From: Thermoprotei archaeon | Lineage (GTDB): Archaea > Thermoproteota > Thermoprotei > Gearchaeales > WAQG01 | Reading direction: 5' to 3' | Length of the DNA: 64,000 nucleotides | Assembly: GCA_049976445.1 (NCBI GenBank) | Contig: JBMFIF010000001.1 | Location: forward strand, 24,634 to 88,633 | Part shown: positions 8,486-18,039 of the stretch, in pieces | Layout: each line of letters opens with the position of its first letter | Position numbering within the stretch: the first letter of the stretch is position 1 | Notes under the pieces: model-generated | Database searches by the model: none | Told to the model about the DNA's origin: nothing | Seen by the model: only the letters and a program-made list of their open reading frames with translations | Made by a program: the position numbers and the translations under genes

Positions 8486-9694
8486 CTATATCATATCAAT
8501 ACTAGTTCCAAATACTTGTCTTAATAGGCTTCTGATAACTGTTATTCTTTGTATGTCATTTGCTCCTTCATAAATTGTTGTTATTAGAGCATCTCTTAAG
8601 TATCTTTCAACTCCTGCTTCTTGATCAACACCAACTCCGCCATGGATTTTTATTGCCAATGCTGAAGCTTTTTCTGCTACTTCAGTAGCATACATTTTAG
8701 CTAGTGAAGCTGCCATTATGGCTTCAGGTCGTTGCGCGTCTGTTAATGTGGCTGCCCAGTAAGTAAGCATGCGAACTGCCTCAAGTTCTGTTAACATGTC
8801 TGCTAGTTTAAAAGCTATTCCCTCGAATGAGATTATTGGTCTTTCGAATGCATATCGTTGTAACGCATAGTTTAGTGATTTCTCAAATACCGCTTGTGCG
8901 ATACCTACACCTTGAGCAGCAATGCCAATCCTTCCATGATCATATGTTGTAACAGCAACTTTGAATCCTTCTCCTTCCTTACCTAGAACGTTTTCCTCAG
9001 GTACTTTTACATCATCAAGTATTACTTCGTTAGGTTGCTCACCTTTTAGTCCTATTACATTGAATTTTGACCCAATTTTTACACCTGGCCAATCAGCTTC
9101 TATTATGAAGAATGTTAATCCCTTCCATCTTTCTTTTCTGCTTGGTGGTGGACTTGTTCTTGCTGAAACTACTAAATATTTAGCTCTGTCTGCGCCTGTT
9201 ATGAAGATTTTTCTACCATTGATTATCCAGTAGTTTCCCTCTTTTTTAGCTGTAGCTTGTATACCTGCAACATCACTACCTGCGGCAGGTTCTGTATTTG
9301 CATGGGCCGCAAAAACTTCACCTCTGGCAATTGGTGGTATATACTTCTTTTTTTGTTCTTCAGTACCAAAAATGAGCACTGGCATTGTAAATAAGTGGTT
9401 TACCGCGATTTTTGTTGCAAATGCTGGTGAAATTCTTGAAAGTTCTTCCATAAGTATGACAAGCATCATTGCACCTCCACCTTGTCCATCGTATTCTGGT
9501 GGAATTCCGACACCCATTAGTCCCAATTCTTTTGCTCTGTTGATAAGTTCTTCTGGTATTGTATTTGTTTTTTCTATTTCCATAACTTTTGGAGCTATTT
9601 CATTTTCAGCGAATTGTCTTATCATTTTTCTGAACATTTCATGTTCGTTTGTTAGTTCTACTTTAAAGTCTAAGATATTATTAAAGGGGAACAA
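8486..9694 (-). CDS. Acyl-CoA dehydrogenase
   Basis: Full-length ACAD fold with a C-terminal catalytic-base region (YEGANDIQR); 402 aa. Confidence 0.85.
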   Translation of the reverse strand: MFPFNNILDFKVELTNEHEMFRKMIRQFAENEIAPKVMEIEKTNTIPEELINRAKELGLMGVGIPPEYDGQGGGAMMLVILMEELSRISPAFATKIAVNHLFTMPVLIFGTEEQKKKYIPPIARGEVFAAHANTEPAAGSDVAGIQATAKKEGNYWIINGRKIFITGADRAKYLVVSARTSPPPSRKERWKGLTFFIIEADWPGVKIGSKFNVIGLKGEQPNEVILDDVKVPEENVLGKEGEGFKVAVTTYDHGRIGIAAQGVGIAQAVFEKSLNYALQRYAFERPIISFEGIAFKLADMLTELEAVRMLTYWAATLTDAQRPEAIMAASLAKMYATEVAEKASALAIKIHGGVGVDQEAGVERYLRDALITTIYEGANDIQRITVIRSLLRQVFGTSIDMI

Positions 9695-9747
9695 ATATTA
9701 TCTCCTCCACATAAATACTTGTCTATACATGTTTAAAAACTATTCGT

Positions 9748-9808
9748 TTACTGGTTCGAGACTGTCCACTTATTATGTGATAGTGATGTTGTGGTTGATA
9801 GCTTATCT
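9748..9808. mobile_element. 61-bp MITE-like element, copy 1: 11-bp terminal inverted repeats GAGACTGTCCA/TGGACAGTCTC, flanked by 8-bp direct repeats ACTGGTTC
   Basis: The element has perfect 11-bp TIRs and a conserved core (cttattatgt...gatgttgtggttgat). It is flanked by an exact 8-bp duplication at 9740-9747 and 9809-9816. A second, ~88% identical copy with its own 8-bp duplication lies at 28671-28731. Confidence 0.6.
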
Positions 9809-10387
9809 GGACAGTCTCACTGGTTCTAATTCGTAAGTTAAATATCCCTCAGGTTCACGTTTTGTTACTACAACTCTAACTTTCATTCCTACTCTTAATT
9901 TTTTAGGGTCGGTCTCTCGTACCCATGCTGTAATGTTAATTCCTTCTTTTAGCCTAGCTATACCTACTGTATAATCATCGTAGTGTGAAAAGCTGTTTGG
10001 TTTTACGTTTATTATTGTGTAAGTGAGTAGTTCTCCTTCATTACTTAATTCAACCCATTCTACGTCTGATTTTCTGCATTTGGGACAATCAATCTGTGGC
10101 GGAAAATAGAGTGCCCCGCATTGTTTACATTTTGTTGCATAAAGTTTTCCATCCATTAATCCATCGAAGAATTTTCTGATTTTATCAACGCTTATTACAT
10201 ATTTTAATGTTAATTCTCGTTGGTCAATCCATTGTGCAGCTCCGCTTTTCATGTCTGGCACAACTGGTAATCCCGTTGATTTCTTTATACTTTCAACAAA
10301 TTCGTTAAACTGTTTTGTTGCTTCTTCGGTCTGTTCCTTCTGCGTTTTCTTTTTTTCAACTTTCTGCTGAGTGCTCATGATATTCAC
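9803..10387 (-). CDS. DUF35 Zn-ribbon/OB-fold protein (thiolase partner) with extended N-terminus; last codons supplied by the MITE-like element
   Basis: The Zn-ribbon CKQCGALYFPPQIDCPKCR is followed by an OB-fold. The gene overlaps the downstream thiolase by 4 nt. The terminal codons (V)RLSR* are encoded by the right arm of the 61-bp element. Confidence 0.75.
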   Translation of the reverse strand: MNIMSTQQKVEKKKTQKEQTEEATKQFNEFVESIKKSTGLPVVPDMKSGAAQWIDQRELTLKYVISVDKIRKFFDGLMDGKLYATKCKQCGALYFPPQIDCPKCRKSDVEWVELSNEGELLTYTIINVKPNSFSHYDDYTVGIARLKEGINITAWVRETDPKKLRVGMKVRVVVTKREPEGYLTYELEPVRLSR

Positions 10388-11586
10388 CTCTTAGGCTTAT
10401 CAAGAGAGAAAATTGTGACATATGCATAATGGCCTGTTCCACCTACATTATGAGCTATTGCCATACCATTTTTAATAGGTGCTTGACGTTCTTTTTCTAC
10501 TTCTTGTCTTAATTGTTTTGTGAGTTCTACAGCCATGCTGACTCCTGTTGCTGCTATGGGATGGCCTTTCGCTTTTAAACCGCCACTAAGATTGACTGGT
10601 ATGACGCCTCCAATGTAAGTCTGCTTCTCTCTGATTAATTTTACTGCTTCGCCTCTTTTTACAAACCCCAGATCCTCATACGCGAGTAATTCAGCTATAG
10701 TGAAACAGTCATGGACTTCCGCTACATCAAAGTTCTTTACGGGATCGGCTTCATTTATGCCAGCCTTTTTGTAAGCCATTTTAGCTGCTTCAACGGCGGC
10801 TCTTAAGCTAAGAAAATTATCGCGCCTGCTTAAATTAGCAGTATCATTTGCATAACCGATAGCTTTAATCCAGACAGGAGTGTCTGTAATTTTTTTAGCA
10901 ATTTCTTTACTCGCTAGTATTACTGCAGCTGAACCATCAGTTATAGGTGAACAATCAAGTAACTTTAAAGGCCATGCAATGTATCTAGATCGCATACACT
11001 CTTCTACAGTAATTTCCTTTTGAAATTGTGCTTTAGGATTTCTTGCACCATAATAATGGTTTTTGACTGCGACTTGACATAGATCCTCTTCGGTAGCTCC
11101 ATACTTAGACATGTATGCTGTTGCATAAAGAGCATAATATCCTGGAAAGGTAAGTCCGAAATTTTCGAATTCCCAAAAATAATTTCCAGCCCTACCAATA
11201 AACTCTACTACAGTTGGTGTTGGAGATTCATTCATTTTTTCGACACCCACAACTAATGCTATGTTTGCCTCTCCACTAGCTATCATATCATGTCCAAGTT
11301 TTAATGCCGCACTACCTGATGCACATGCAGCTTCAACTCTGACAGTACCCTTAGGTACAAGGTCACTATATTCTCCAACGACTACAGCAGGTAGTGGCTC
11401 ACTACTCCATGCACCAACGTTTGAGGTAACATAATAATCTATATCTTTTTGATCTATACCAGCGTTTTCAATTGCTTGTTTTATGCTTTCCCATGCAAGT
11501 TCTGCAATGTTTACATCAGTTCGTACTCCAAATTTAGAATGCCCAACACCTATTATAGCCACATTCCTACCCAAGAAAAACACCAC
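10384..11586 (-). CDS. Thiolase (SCP-x/acetyl-CoA acetyltransferase-like, archaeal DUF35-associated type)
   Basis: Thiolase fold with active-site Cys context (VEAACASGSAALK) and C-terminal motifs (NVGGTGHY); 400 aa. Confidence 0.85.
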   Translation of the reverse strand: MVFFLGRNVAIIGVGHSKFGVRTDVNIAELAWESIKQAIENAGIDQKDIDYYVTSNVGAWSSEPLPAVVVGEYSDLVPKGTVRVEAACASGSAALKLGHDMIASGEANIALVVGVEKMNESPTPTVVEFIGRAGNYFWEFENFGLTFPGYYALYATAYMSKYGATEEDLCQVAVKNHYYGARNPKAQFQKEITVEECMRSRYIAWPLKLLDCSPITDGSAAVILASKEIAKKITDTPVWIKAIGYANDTANLSRRDNFLSLRAAVEAAKMAYKKAGINEADPVKNFDVAEVHDCFTIAELLAYEDLGFVKRGEAVKLIREKQTYIGGVIPVNLSGGLKAKGHPIAATGVSMAVELTKQLRQEVEKERQAPIKNGMAIAHNVGGTGHYAYVTIFSLDKPKR

Positions 11587-11756
11587 TATAAATAATGTAT
11601 TAGATACATTATAAAGCTATCCTAGAATTCTATATCATCAAAGAAAATACGAAGCATATATACTAAACTCAGTATTATTTATGCTACTTTATCTAGACAC
11701 TTTTTATTCATGAAATTAGTGGTTAAATATAATAATATGATAAAGCAATATTTTAA

Positions 11757-12104
11757 ATGGTGTTGAACATGTCTGAAGATATCAAATCTTTAATACAAAC
11801 AGTCTATGAAAAAGCTAAATTAAAGATGGGGAGTGAAATGGCGGGTTGGAATAAAGTGTTTCAGTTTAATATAGAAGGTGGAGAACCATTTTATATAGAG
11901 TTTAAGCAGGGGAATGTGAATGTTGTTCCGGGTTCTCACAAATCTCCTACAGCAACACTTATTATGAGCAAAGAAACTCTTATTAAAATATTGAAAGGTG
12001 AATTAGATTCTATGGCGGCATTCATTAGAGGTCAAATGAAAATTACAGGAAACGTGATAGAGACTACATCGTTAAGAAAAATGATAGAAGCCGCAAAATC
12101 ATAA
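11757..12104 (+). CDS. SCP2 sterol-carrier/lipid-transfer domain protein
   Basis: 115 aa with a C-terminal SCP2 signature (AAFIRGQMKITGNVIETTSLRKM). Confidence 0.65.
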   Translation: MVLNMSEDIKSLIQTVYEKAKLKMGSEMAGWNKVFQFNIEGGEPFYIEFKQGNVNVVPGSHKSPTATLIMSKETLIKILKGELDSMAAFIRGQMKITGNVIETTSLRKMIEAAKS

Positions 12105-12132
12105 TTATTTTATTTTTTATTGTTCTTTATTT
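12105..12132 (+). terminator. Oligo-T tract immediately after the SCP2 stop (archaeal intrinsic terminator-like)
   Basis: The sequence ttattttattttttattgttctttattt lies directly downstream of the stop codon. Confidence 0.3.
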
Positions 12133-12301
12133 AATAAATCAGATGAAAGTGTTCAGGTTCGAAATTTATCCTAGGTTAATAATTTTAATTCAAAAATCAA
12201 TACATTTAATATAAAACAACATTTCATTATTTTTTCTTAAAATTATTAATACATAATAAAAAACTTTATAATCGTAGATTTCTATGTAATACTGAGGTAT
12301 C

Positions 12302-13114
12302 ATGGTTAATGTAGCTGTAATGGTTAAGGCATCACTAGATGCCAACATGATTAGAGTTGATAGTTCTGGTAAACTTCTTATTGATGAGATACCTTTGGCA
12401 ATCAGTGAGTATGATAGGAATGCTGTTGAAGAAGCTGTAAGAATAAAGGAAAAATTTGGTGGAAAGATTGCAGTTTTTTCAGTTGTTACTTGGGGACCAT
12501 TAGCGAAACGTATTAACGATACTGAATCAGTATTGCGAGAAGCACTAGCCATGGGAGCTGACGAAGGATATATGATTGCTGATGAGAGTTTAATAAACGC
12601 AAACCCGCTTCAGACAGCCATAGCACTTGCATCAGCAGTTAAAAAAACAGGTAATTATGATCTTTATCTTACGGGTGAGGCATCAATGGATGTTATTTCT
12701 GCACAAATTGCTTCCAGAATTGGAACGATCTTAAACCTTCCAACAATAACATTTGCTCGAGCTATAGAACTTGATATAGGAAATAAAAAAGTTAAGGTTC
12801 TTCGTGATCTGGAGGATTCATTACAATGGGTTGAGGCACCATTACCTGCAGTAATCAGTGTGACTGGTGAAATTAATAAAGCTAGGTTACCGATGCTCTT
12901 GCAAATACGGAGAGCATTTGCAAAACCTCTTAAAAAATTTACATTAAATGACTTAAACATACAATTGCCTGACGTTGGACATAAGCGCGAATCGGTAAGA
13001 TTATTAATAGTTTCTAGGAAAAATATAATGATAGAAGCAAGCACTCTAGAAGAAGTATCAGAAAAGTTAATCTCCAAATTGATTGAGGAGGGTGTTATAA
13101 GACCAAAAATATGA
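12302..13114 (+). CDS. etfB: Electron transfer flavoprotein beta subunit
   Basis: The MVNVAVMVKASLD N-terminus and the AMP-binding fold are typical of EtfB/FixA. Confidence 0.85.
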   Translation: MVNVAVMVKASLDANMIRVDSSGKLLIDEIPLAISEYDRNAVEEAVRIKEKFGGKIAVFSVVTWGPLAKRINDTESVLREALAMGADEGYMIADESLINANPLQTAIALASAVKKTGNYDLYLTGEASMDVISAQIASRIGTILNLPTITFARAIELDIGNKKVKVLRDLEDSLQWVEAPLPAVISVTGEINKARLPMLLQIRRAFAKPLKKFTLNDLNIQLPDVGHKRESVRLLIVSRKNIMIEASTLEEVSEKLISKLIEEGVIRPKI

Positions 13115-13127
13115 GGAGATGATATGA

Positions 13128-14063
13128 ATGGTTGAAACTGTCATAGTTTTTGGAGAAAGACCTTCATTATTAGTAGATGCTTCAGGACTTGTAGCAGAAC
13201 TATCACGAAATGGATTTAGTACCAATATGATAGGCATCACAATTAGTGATGGATCGGTGAATGAAGCAATACACTATGGTTTTGATAAACTGTATGTTAT
13301 TGAAGGAACGGTTTTACCTGATCAAATATACGAGATCATCTCTAAGATTTTTGATGATGTGAAACCGAGGTTATTAATCGGCCCTGCAACAAAAACTAGT
13401 AACGATGTTCTTGCTCGTGTTTCAGCTAAGCATAATTTACCAATGCTAACAGAGGTTATTTCAGTTTCATTAGATGGTACTAGTATTGTTTTTGAACGAA
13501 ATATTTTAGGAGGAAGAGCTGTAAGTCGAGAGGTAACATTAAGACAAGTGGCCGTTACTGTACCTATTAAGAAATTTAAGCCTTTTGAAGAAACTCAAAA
13601 GATTGCTGCCGTTGAAAAAATCTCGCCTCCAGTCTCTAATGTTAAGCTAGTAAGTTTTGAAGAGAAGAAAAAAGGTGGCGTAAATATTGAAGCTGCTGAT
13701 ATTGTTGTTGGTGTAGGAAGAGGATTTAGATCGAAGGATGATTTAAAATTGGCTTTTGATTTAGCAACAATCATAGATGCTCAAGTTGGATGCAGTAGGC
13801 CTATTGCTGCAGATCTTAAATGGTTACCTGAGGATGTGTGGATTGGAATTTCTAGCAAGAAGATACGGCCAAAACTTTATATAGCAATAGGAATATCTGG
13901 TGCTCCTCAACATATCTCTGCGGTAGATGCAAAAGTAATAGTTTCTATAAATAAAGATAAAAATGCACCAATATTCAAGTATTCAGATTATGGTGTTGTC
14001 GCGGATTTATACCAATTTCTTCCTGTATTTATTAAAAAACTTAAAGAAAAAACAAGCAAGTGA
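13128..14063 (+). CDS. etfA: Electron transfer flavoprotein alpha subunit
   Basis: A C-terminal FAD-binding region (VGVGRGF...GCSRP...IGISGAPQHISAV) typical of EtfA/FixB. Confidence 0.85.
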   Translation: MVETVIVFGERPSLLVDASGLVAELSRNGFSTNMIGITISDGSVNEAIHYGFDKLYVIEGTVLPDQIYEIISKIFDDVKPRLLIGPATKTSNDVLARVSAKHNLPMLTEVISVSLDGTSIVFERNILGGRAVSREVTLRQVAVTVPIKKFKPFEETQKIAAVEKISPPVSNVKLVSFEEKKKGGVNIEAADIVVGVGRGFRSKDDLKLAFDLATIIDAQVGCSRPIAADLKWLPEDVWIGISSKKIRPKLYIAIGISGAPQHISAVDAKVIVSINKDKNAPIFKYSDYGVVADLYQFLPVFIKKLKEKTSK

Positions 14064-16111
14064 GAGAAATGTATGTATTTTTTATTCAAAGTATCTTATA
14101 TATATTCGAGGGTATTAAACATTTTAACTTTGTTGATGATCTGGAACCTCTTGTGTACATATACACCATAATAGTTGCTGTGCTATTGCTTTATGGTGTT
14201 TATAGAAGTTTTAAATTATGGACTTATGGAGGACAAAGTATAAGATTTGATCGTTTTGGAAAACGATTGTTAAGACTTATCAAATATGGTGTACTTCAAG
14301 CGAAAGTTATAAGGCAGAAACAAGGAGGTACTATTCATGTATTTATTTATATTGGTATGATAGGTCTTTTTATAGGTACCATACTTCGTGCAGTAGAGTA
14401 TGATATATATTTACGATTTTTTGGTTCAAGATTCCTTGTTAACATTGTGTATTTAATATTTAAGCTCATGGTTAATATTTCAGGCGTTTTGGCTATTATA
14501 GGCATAGTATTAGCATTAATTAGACGAATATTCAGAACGTACAGAGATTTACCTACATCTCGAGAGGATTACCTAATTTTGATTGATCTGCTGATAATAA
14601 TAGTAACAGGTTTTATACTAGATGCGGTTAATACTTTAGATTATAGATTAGAATGGATTGACAATTGGGATATAATAGGCTTCCCTCTTGCTTTCTTCAT
14701 TAGAAGTTTCTTCGATAGTAATTATATTGAATTTTATAGAATTCTTTGGGTGTTTCATTTAACATTAGCACTTGCTAGCATTGCTCTCATACCTTTTACG
14801 AAACTCTATCATATGTTCATTAGTGGCGTTCTAAATACATTCTTTTCCAGGTTAGAAGAACCAGTCATTGCAGCTAACAAGCCAATAGTCAATATGGATA
14901 AGTTAGTAGAAGAAGGTAGGCCTATAGGAGCTGTAACGCTTTTAGATTTATCTTGGAAGCAACGAATGGATTTTGATGCTTGTACTCAATGTGCACGATG
15001 TCATAATTCATGTCCAGCAAATCTTACTGGAAAACCATTAAGTCCAATGATGGTAATGCTTGACGCAAAAAAGGAATTACATAAAAAGAATTTTGATAAA
15101 AAATTAGTACCAAGTTCTATAAATCCAGATGTTATATGGTCTTGTGTAACTTGTGGTGCATGTATTGAAGTATGTCCTGTCTTAATAAATCAAGTTGAGA
15201 CTATTATGGATCTCAGACGTGGAGTGTATTCTTCTGGAGAAAATACACCATCTGAATTACAACAAGTTTCGTATAATATAATGAGAACTGGAAATCCTTA
15301 TGGTTATAATCCTGCTGATAGGGAAACATGGTTACGTTCAGTAGTGTCTGAACTAGGTATTGAGATCGCACGTGAAGATACTGAATATGAATATATATAT
15401 TGGTTGGGTTGTAATGCAAGTTATGATCCTAATATCAGAAACGTTGCCTATAGCTTAATGAGTATTCTTAAAAAAGCTAAGATAAATTTTGCAGTAATTT
15501 TGGATGAGATTTGTTGTGGTGAGCCTGCAAGAAGAATAGGTGATGAATATCTTTTTAGAGATATTGTACAGAAGAATTCAGACATATTAGGAAGATATAA
15601 ATTTAAGAAATTATTAGTTAATTGTCCTCACGGATATAACAATTTTAAACATGAGTATGCTCAATATGGAGTAAAGATAGAGGTTGAACATCATACAATG
15701 TTGCTACAAAAACTTATAAAAGATCATAAGATAAGCCCTGAAAAAGTAAAAGAAACTGTAACATATCATGATCCATGTTACTTAGCGCGATGGAACCATG
15801 TTTTTAATGAACCAAGGGATGTGATAAAAAGCGTGGCTGATATTAAAGAGATGAGTAGAATAAAACAAAACACATTTTGTTGTGGTGGTGGAGGAGGTCA
15901 TGCTTTCTTTGATATAAAGAAAGGAGAAAGAATAAGCAAGGTAAGAATGAAAGAGGCTATAGCGACTGGTGTAAATAAAGTAGTTGTTTCCTGTCCTTTC
16001 TGTAATATAATGCTCCGCAGTGAGGCTTCAGAATTTAACATGGAAGTGATTGATATAGCAGAGCTTTTAAATCAGTCTTTAAATAAATCTGAAGGTGCTC
16101 CAAAGAAATAA
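14060..16111 (+). CDS. Membrane-bound Fe-S oxidoreductase: N-terminal polytopic (HdrE/NarI-like, His-containing) domain fused to an HdrD/GlpC-like 2x[4Fe-4S] domain and Cys-rich CCG domains. Candidate ETF-linked quinone reductase
   Basis: About 6 TM helices carry conserved His residues. Ferredoxin motifs CTQCARCHNSCP and CVTCGACIEVCP are present, plus two CCG-type cysteine clusters (CCGEPARR, FCCGGGGGHAF). Its start overlaps the etfA stop (translational coupling). Confidence 0.7.
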   Translation: MREMYVFFIQSILYIFEGIKHFNFVDDLEPLVYIYTIIVAVLLLYGVYRSFKLWTYGGQSIRFDRFGKRLLRLIKYGVLQAKVIRQKQGGTIHVFIYIGMIGLFIGTILRAVEYDIYLRFFGSRFLVNIVYLIFKLMVNISGVLAIIGIVLALIRRIFRTYRDLPTSREDYLILIDLLIIIVTGFILDAVNTLDYRLEWIDNWDIIGFPLAFFIRSFFDSNYIEFYRILWVFHLTLALASIALIPFTKLYHMFISGVLNTFFSRLEEPVIAANKPIVNMDKLVEEGRPIGAVTLLDLSWKQRMDFDACTQCARCHNSCPANLTGKPLSPMMVMLDAKKELHKKNFDKKLVPSSINPDVIWSCVTCGACIEVCPVLINQVETIMDLRRGVYSSGENTPSELQQVSYNIMRTGNPYGYNPADRETWLRSVVSELGIEIAREDTEYEYIYWLGCNASYDPNIRNVAYSLMSILKKAKINFAVILDEICCGEPARRIGDEYLFRDIVQKNSDILGRYKFKKLLVNCPHGYNNFKHEYAQYGVKIEVEHHTMLLQKLIKDHKISPEKVKETVTYHDPCYLARWNHVFNEPRDVIKSVADIKEMSRIKQNTFCCGGGGGHAFFDIKKGERISKVRMKEAIATGVNKVVVSCPFCNIMLRSEASEFNMEVIDIAELLNQSLNKSEGAPKK

Positions 16112-16119
16112 GAAATATT

Positions 16120-16539
16120 TTACATTAAATATTTTATTGAACTTATTGCCATCATAACCTCAAGCAATTTATTAAATAAACCTGTTTGAGTTACTCTGCC
16201 TATGATCTTTCCTTTTTCAACTACATACAGCCGTCTTATGTTTTTCTCGGTCATGAGTTTCCATGCTTCTGCAAATGTTGCATCAGGACTGATTGTTATC
16301 AGAGGTGATGTCATTATTTCTTTTAATAACGTTTTATTCATGTCAAGACCTTTTGCTACTACTCTCCTCAATAAATCTCTATCTGTCACCACACCGGACG
16401 GTAGATCATTAATACTCACAACTATAGACCATACTTGATTTTCTAGCATAGCTTTTAAAGCATCCATTGCTGAAAGATTACCATCTAATATTACAACACC
16501 GCTTTCCATTACATCACGAACTTTTAATGTGACTGGCAT
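16120..16539 (-). CDS. CBS-domain pair protein
   Basis: 139 aa with two CBS repeats (VVILDGNLS..., VVEKGKIIGRVTQTGL). Confidence 0.7.
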   Translation of the reverse strand: MPVTLKVRDVMESGVVILDGNLSAMDALKAMLENQVWSIVVSINDLPSGVVTDRDLLRRVVAKGLDMNKTLLKEIMTSPLITISPDATFAEAWKLMTEKNIRRLYVVEKGKIIGRVTQTGLFNKLLEVMMAISSIKYLM

Positions 16540-16578
16540 CGTATCACCAAGATATATTGATTATAAAAATATATAAAG

Positions 16579-17286
16579 TTAAATACCCAAGTAGCTTTCT
16601 TTTACTTTCGGATTAATTAAAAGTTCTTTTCCGCTTCCACTTAGAGCTATTCTTCCATTCTCAATTATATATGCTTTATCAGCTATTTTTAAAGCATTCT
16701 CAACGTGTTGTTCAACAAGTATTATAGTAATACCATACTCTTTGTTTAATTTTTGAATTAGATCAACAATCTGAAGCACAATTTTTGGTGCCAATCCAGC
16801 TGATGGTTCATCTAACATTAATAATTTAGGTCTCCCCATTAGTCCTCTAGCTATTGCAAGCATTTGCTGTTCTCCACCACTTAATGTACCGGCAAGTTGT
16901 TTTTCCCTTTCTTTTAAAATTGGAAATAGTTCATATACTATACTTAACGTTTCGTTTATATGTTTTCTTGCTTCTTTAGTATAAGCGCCCATTAAAAGGT
17001 TCTCATAAACACTCATCTCTGGAAATAACCTTCTTCCCTCAGGCACTAATATTAATCCTAATTTCACTCTATCATGAGGAGGCAAGTATGTTATGTCTGT
17101 TTGTTCGTAAATTATTTTACCCTTTTTTAATTTATGTAAACCAGAAATGCATCTTATTAGGGTAGTTTTTCCAGCTCCGTTTGAACCTAATATAGCAGTA
17201 ATCGTTCCTTTTTCAACAGTTAGGTTTATCCCCCAAAGTACTGTTACTTCACCATAACCTGCCTCAAGATTCTCTACTGAGAGCAT
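16579..17286 (-). CDS. livF: Branched-chain amino acid ABC transporter ATP-binding protein (LivF type)
   Basis: Walker A GSNGAGKTT, ABC signature LSGGEQQ and Walker B LLMLDEP are all present. Confidence 0.85.
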   Translation of the reverse strand: MLSVENLEAGYGEVTVLWGINLTVEKGTITAILGSNGAGKTTLIRCISGLHKLKKGKIIYEQTDITYLPPHDRVKLGLILVPEGRRLFPEMSVYENLLMGAYTKEARKHINETLSIVYELFPILKEREKQLAGTLSGGEQQMLAIARGLMGRPKLLMLDEPSAGLAPKIVLQIVDLIQKLNKEYGITIILVEQHVENALKIADKAYIIENGRIALSGSGKELLINPKVKESYLGI

Positions 17287-18035
17287 TAAGTCTCACCTCG
17301 TGTGTTAATTGAACGCCCTAAATATGCTTCTATTACTTTAAGATCATTAGCGACTTCATTTGGTGTTCCTTCAGCAATTTTTATTCCATTACTAAACACT
17401 ATAATCCTTTCAGAAATTTTCATGATAGCTCTCATTATATGCTCAACGATTATAATAGTTAATCCTAATTCTTTTCTAATTCTTTTTATCATTTCAAGTG
17501 CACTATCAATTTCGGCTGGTGTAAGTCCGGCAAGTGTTTCGTCTAAAAGAAGGAGTTCAGGTTCTGAAGCTAAAGCTCTAGCTATTTCAAGCCTTCTTTT
17601 TTCTGGCATGTTAAGTAAACCAGCAGGTAAGTCTGCTTTATTAATTAAGCCTGTTACCTCTAAAACCTTCTCAACAGTTTTTGCTGCATCATAGGGAGTC
17701 TTAGCGTTGTATTTACCAAAAAGAGCACCAATCATAACATTATCCTTAACAGTCATGGTTGAAAACGGTTTAACTATTTGAAAGGTTCTTCCAATACCCA
17801 TTCTAGCTATTTTATGTGGAGGTAACCCTGTAATATCTACATTCTTAAATATTATTTTTCCTTCATCTGGCTTATAAATACCACTAATTACATTAAAGAA
17901 TGTTGTTTTTCCAGAACCATTAGGCCCAATAAGGCCTAATATTTCATTTTGGTTCACTTCAACGTTTATATTATTTAATGCTATAAGGCCCCCAAATTTT
18001 TTTACTATGCCTTTTGCCTCAAGAATAATGCTCAT
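17286..18035 (-). CDS. livG: Branched-chain amino acid ABC transporter ATP-binding protein (LivG type)
   Basis: Walker A GPNGSGKTT and Walker B LLLLDE are present, and the protein has LivG-type length. Confidence 0.85.
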   Translation of the reverse strand: MSIILEAKGIVKKFGGLIALNNINVEVNQNEILGLIGPNGSGKTTFFNVISGIYKPDEGKIIFKNVDITGLPPHKIARMGIGRTFQIVKPFSTMTVKDNVMIGALFGKYNAKTPYDAAKTVEKVLEVTGLINKADLPAGLLNMPEKRRLEIARALASEPELLLLDETLAGLTPAEIDSALEMIKRIRKELGLTIIIVEHIMRAIMKISERIIVFSNGIKIAEGTPNEVANDLKVIEAYLGRSINTRGET

Positions 18036-18039
18036 GATC

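Noticed and set aside
6551-8524. Antisense ORFs (6551-6982, 6992-7288, 7355-7624, 8048-8524) within the fadB-like gene
   Set aside because: They sit on the opposite strand of a strongly supported 663-aa gene, with low-complexity Ser/Ala-rich translations typical of antisense frames.
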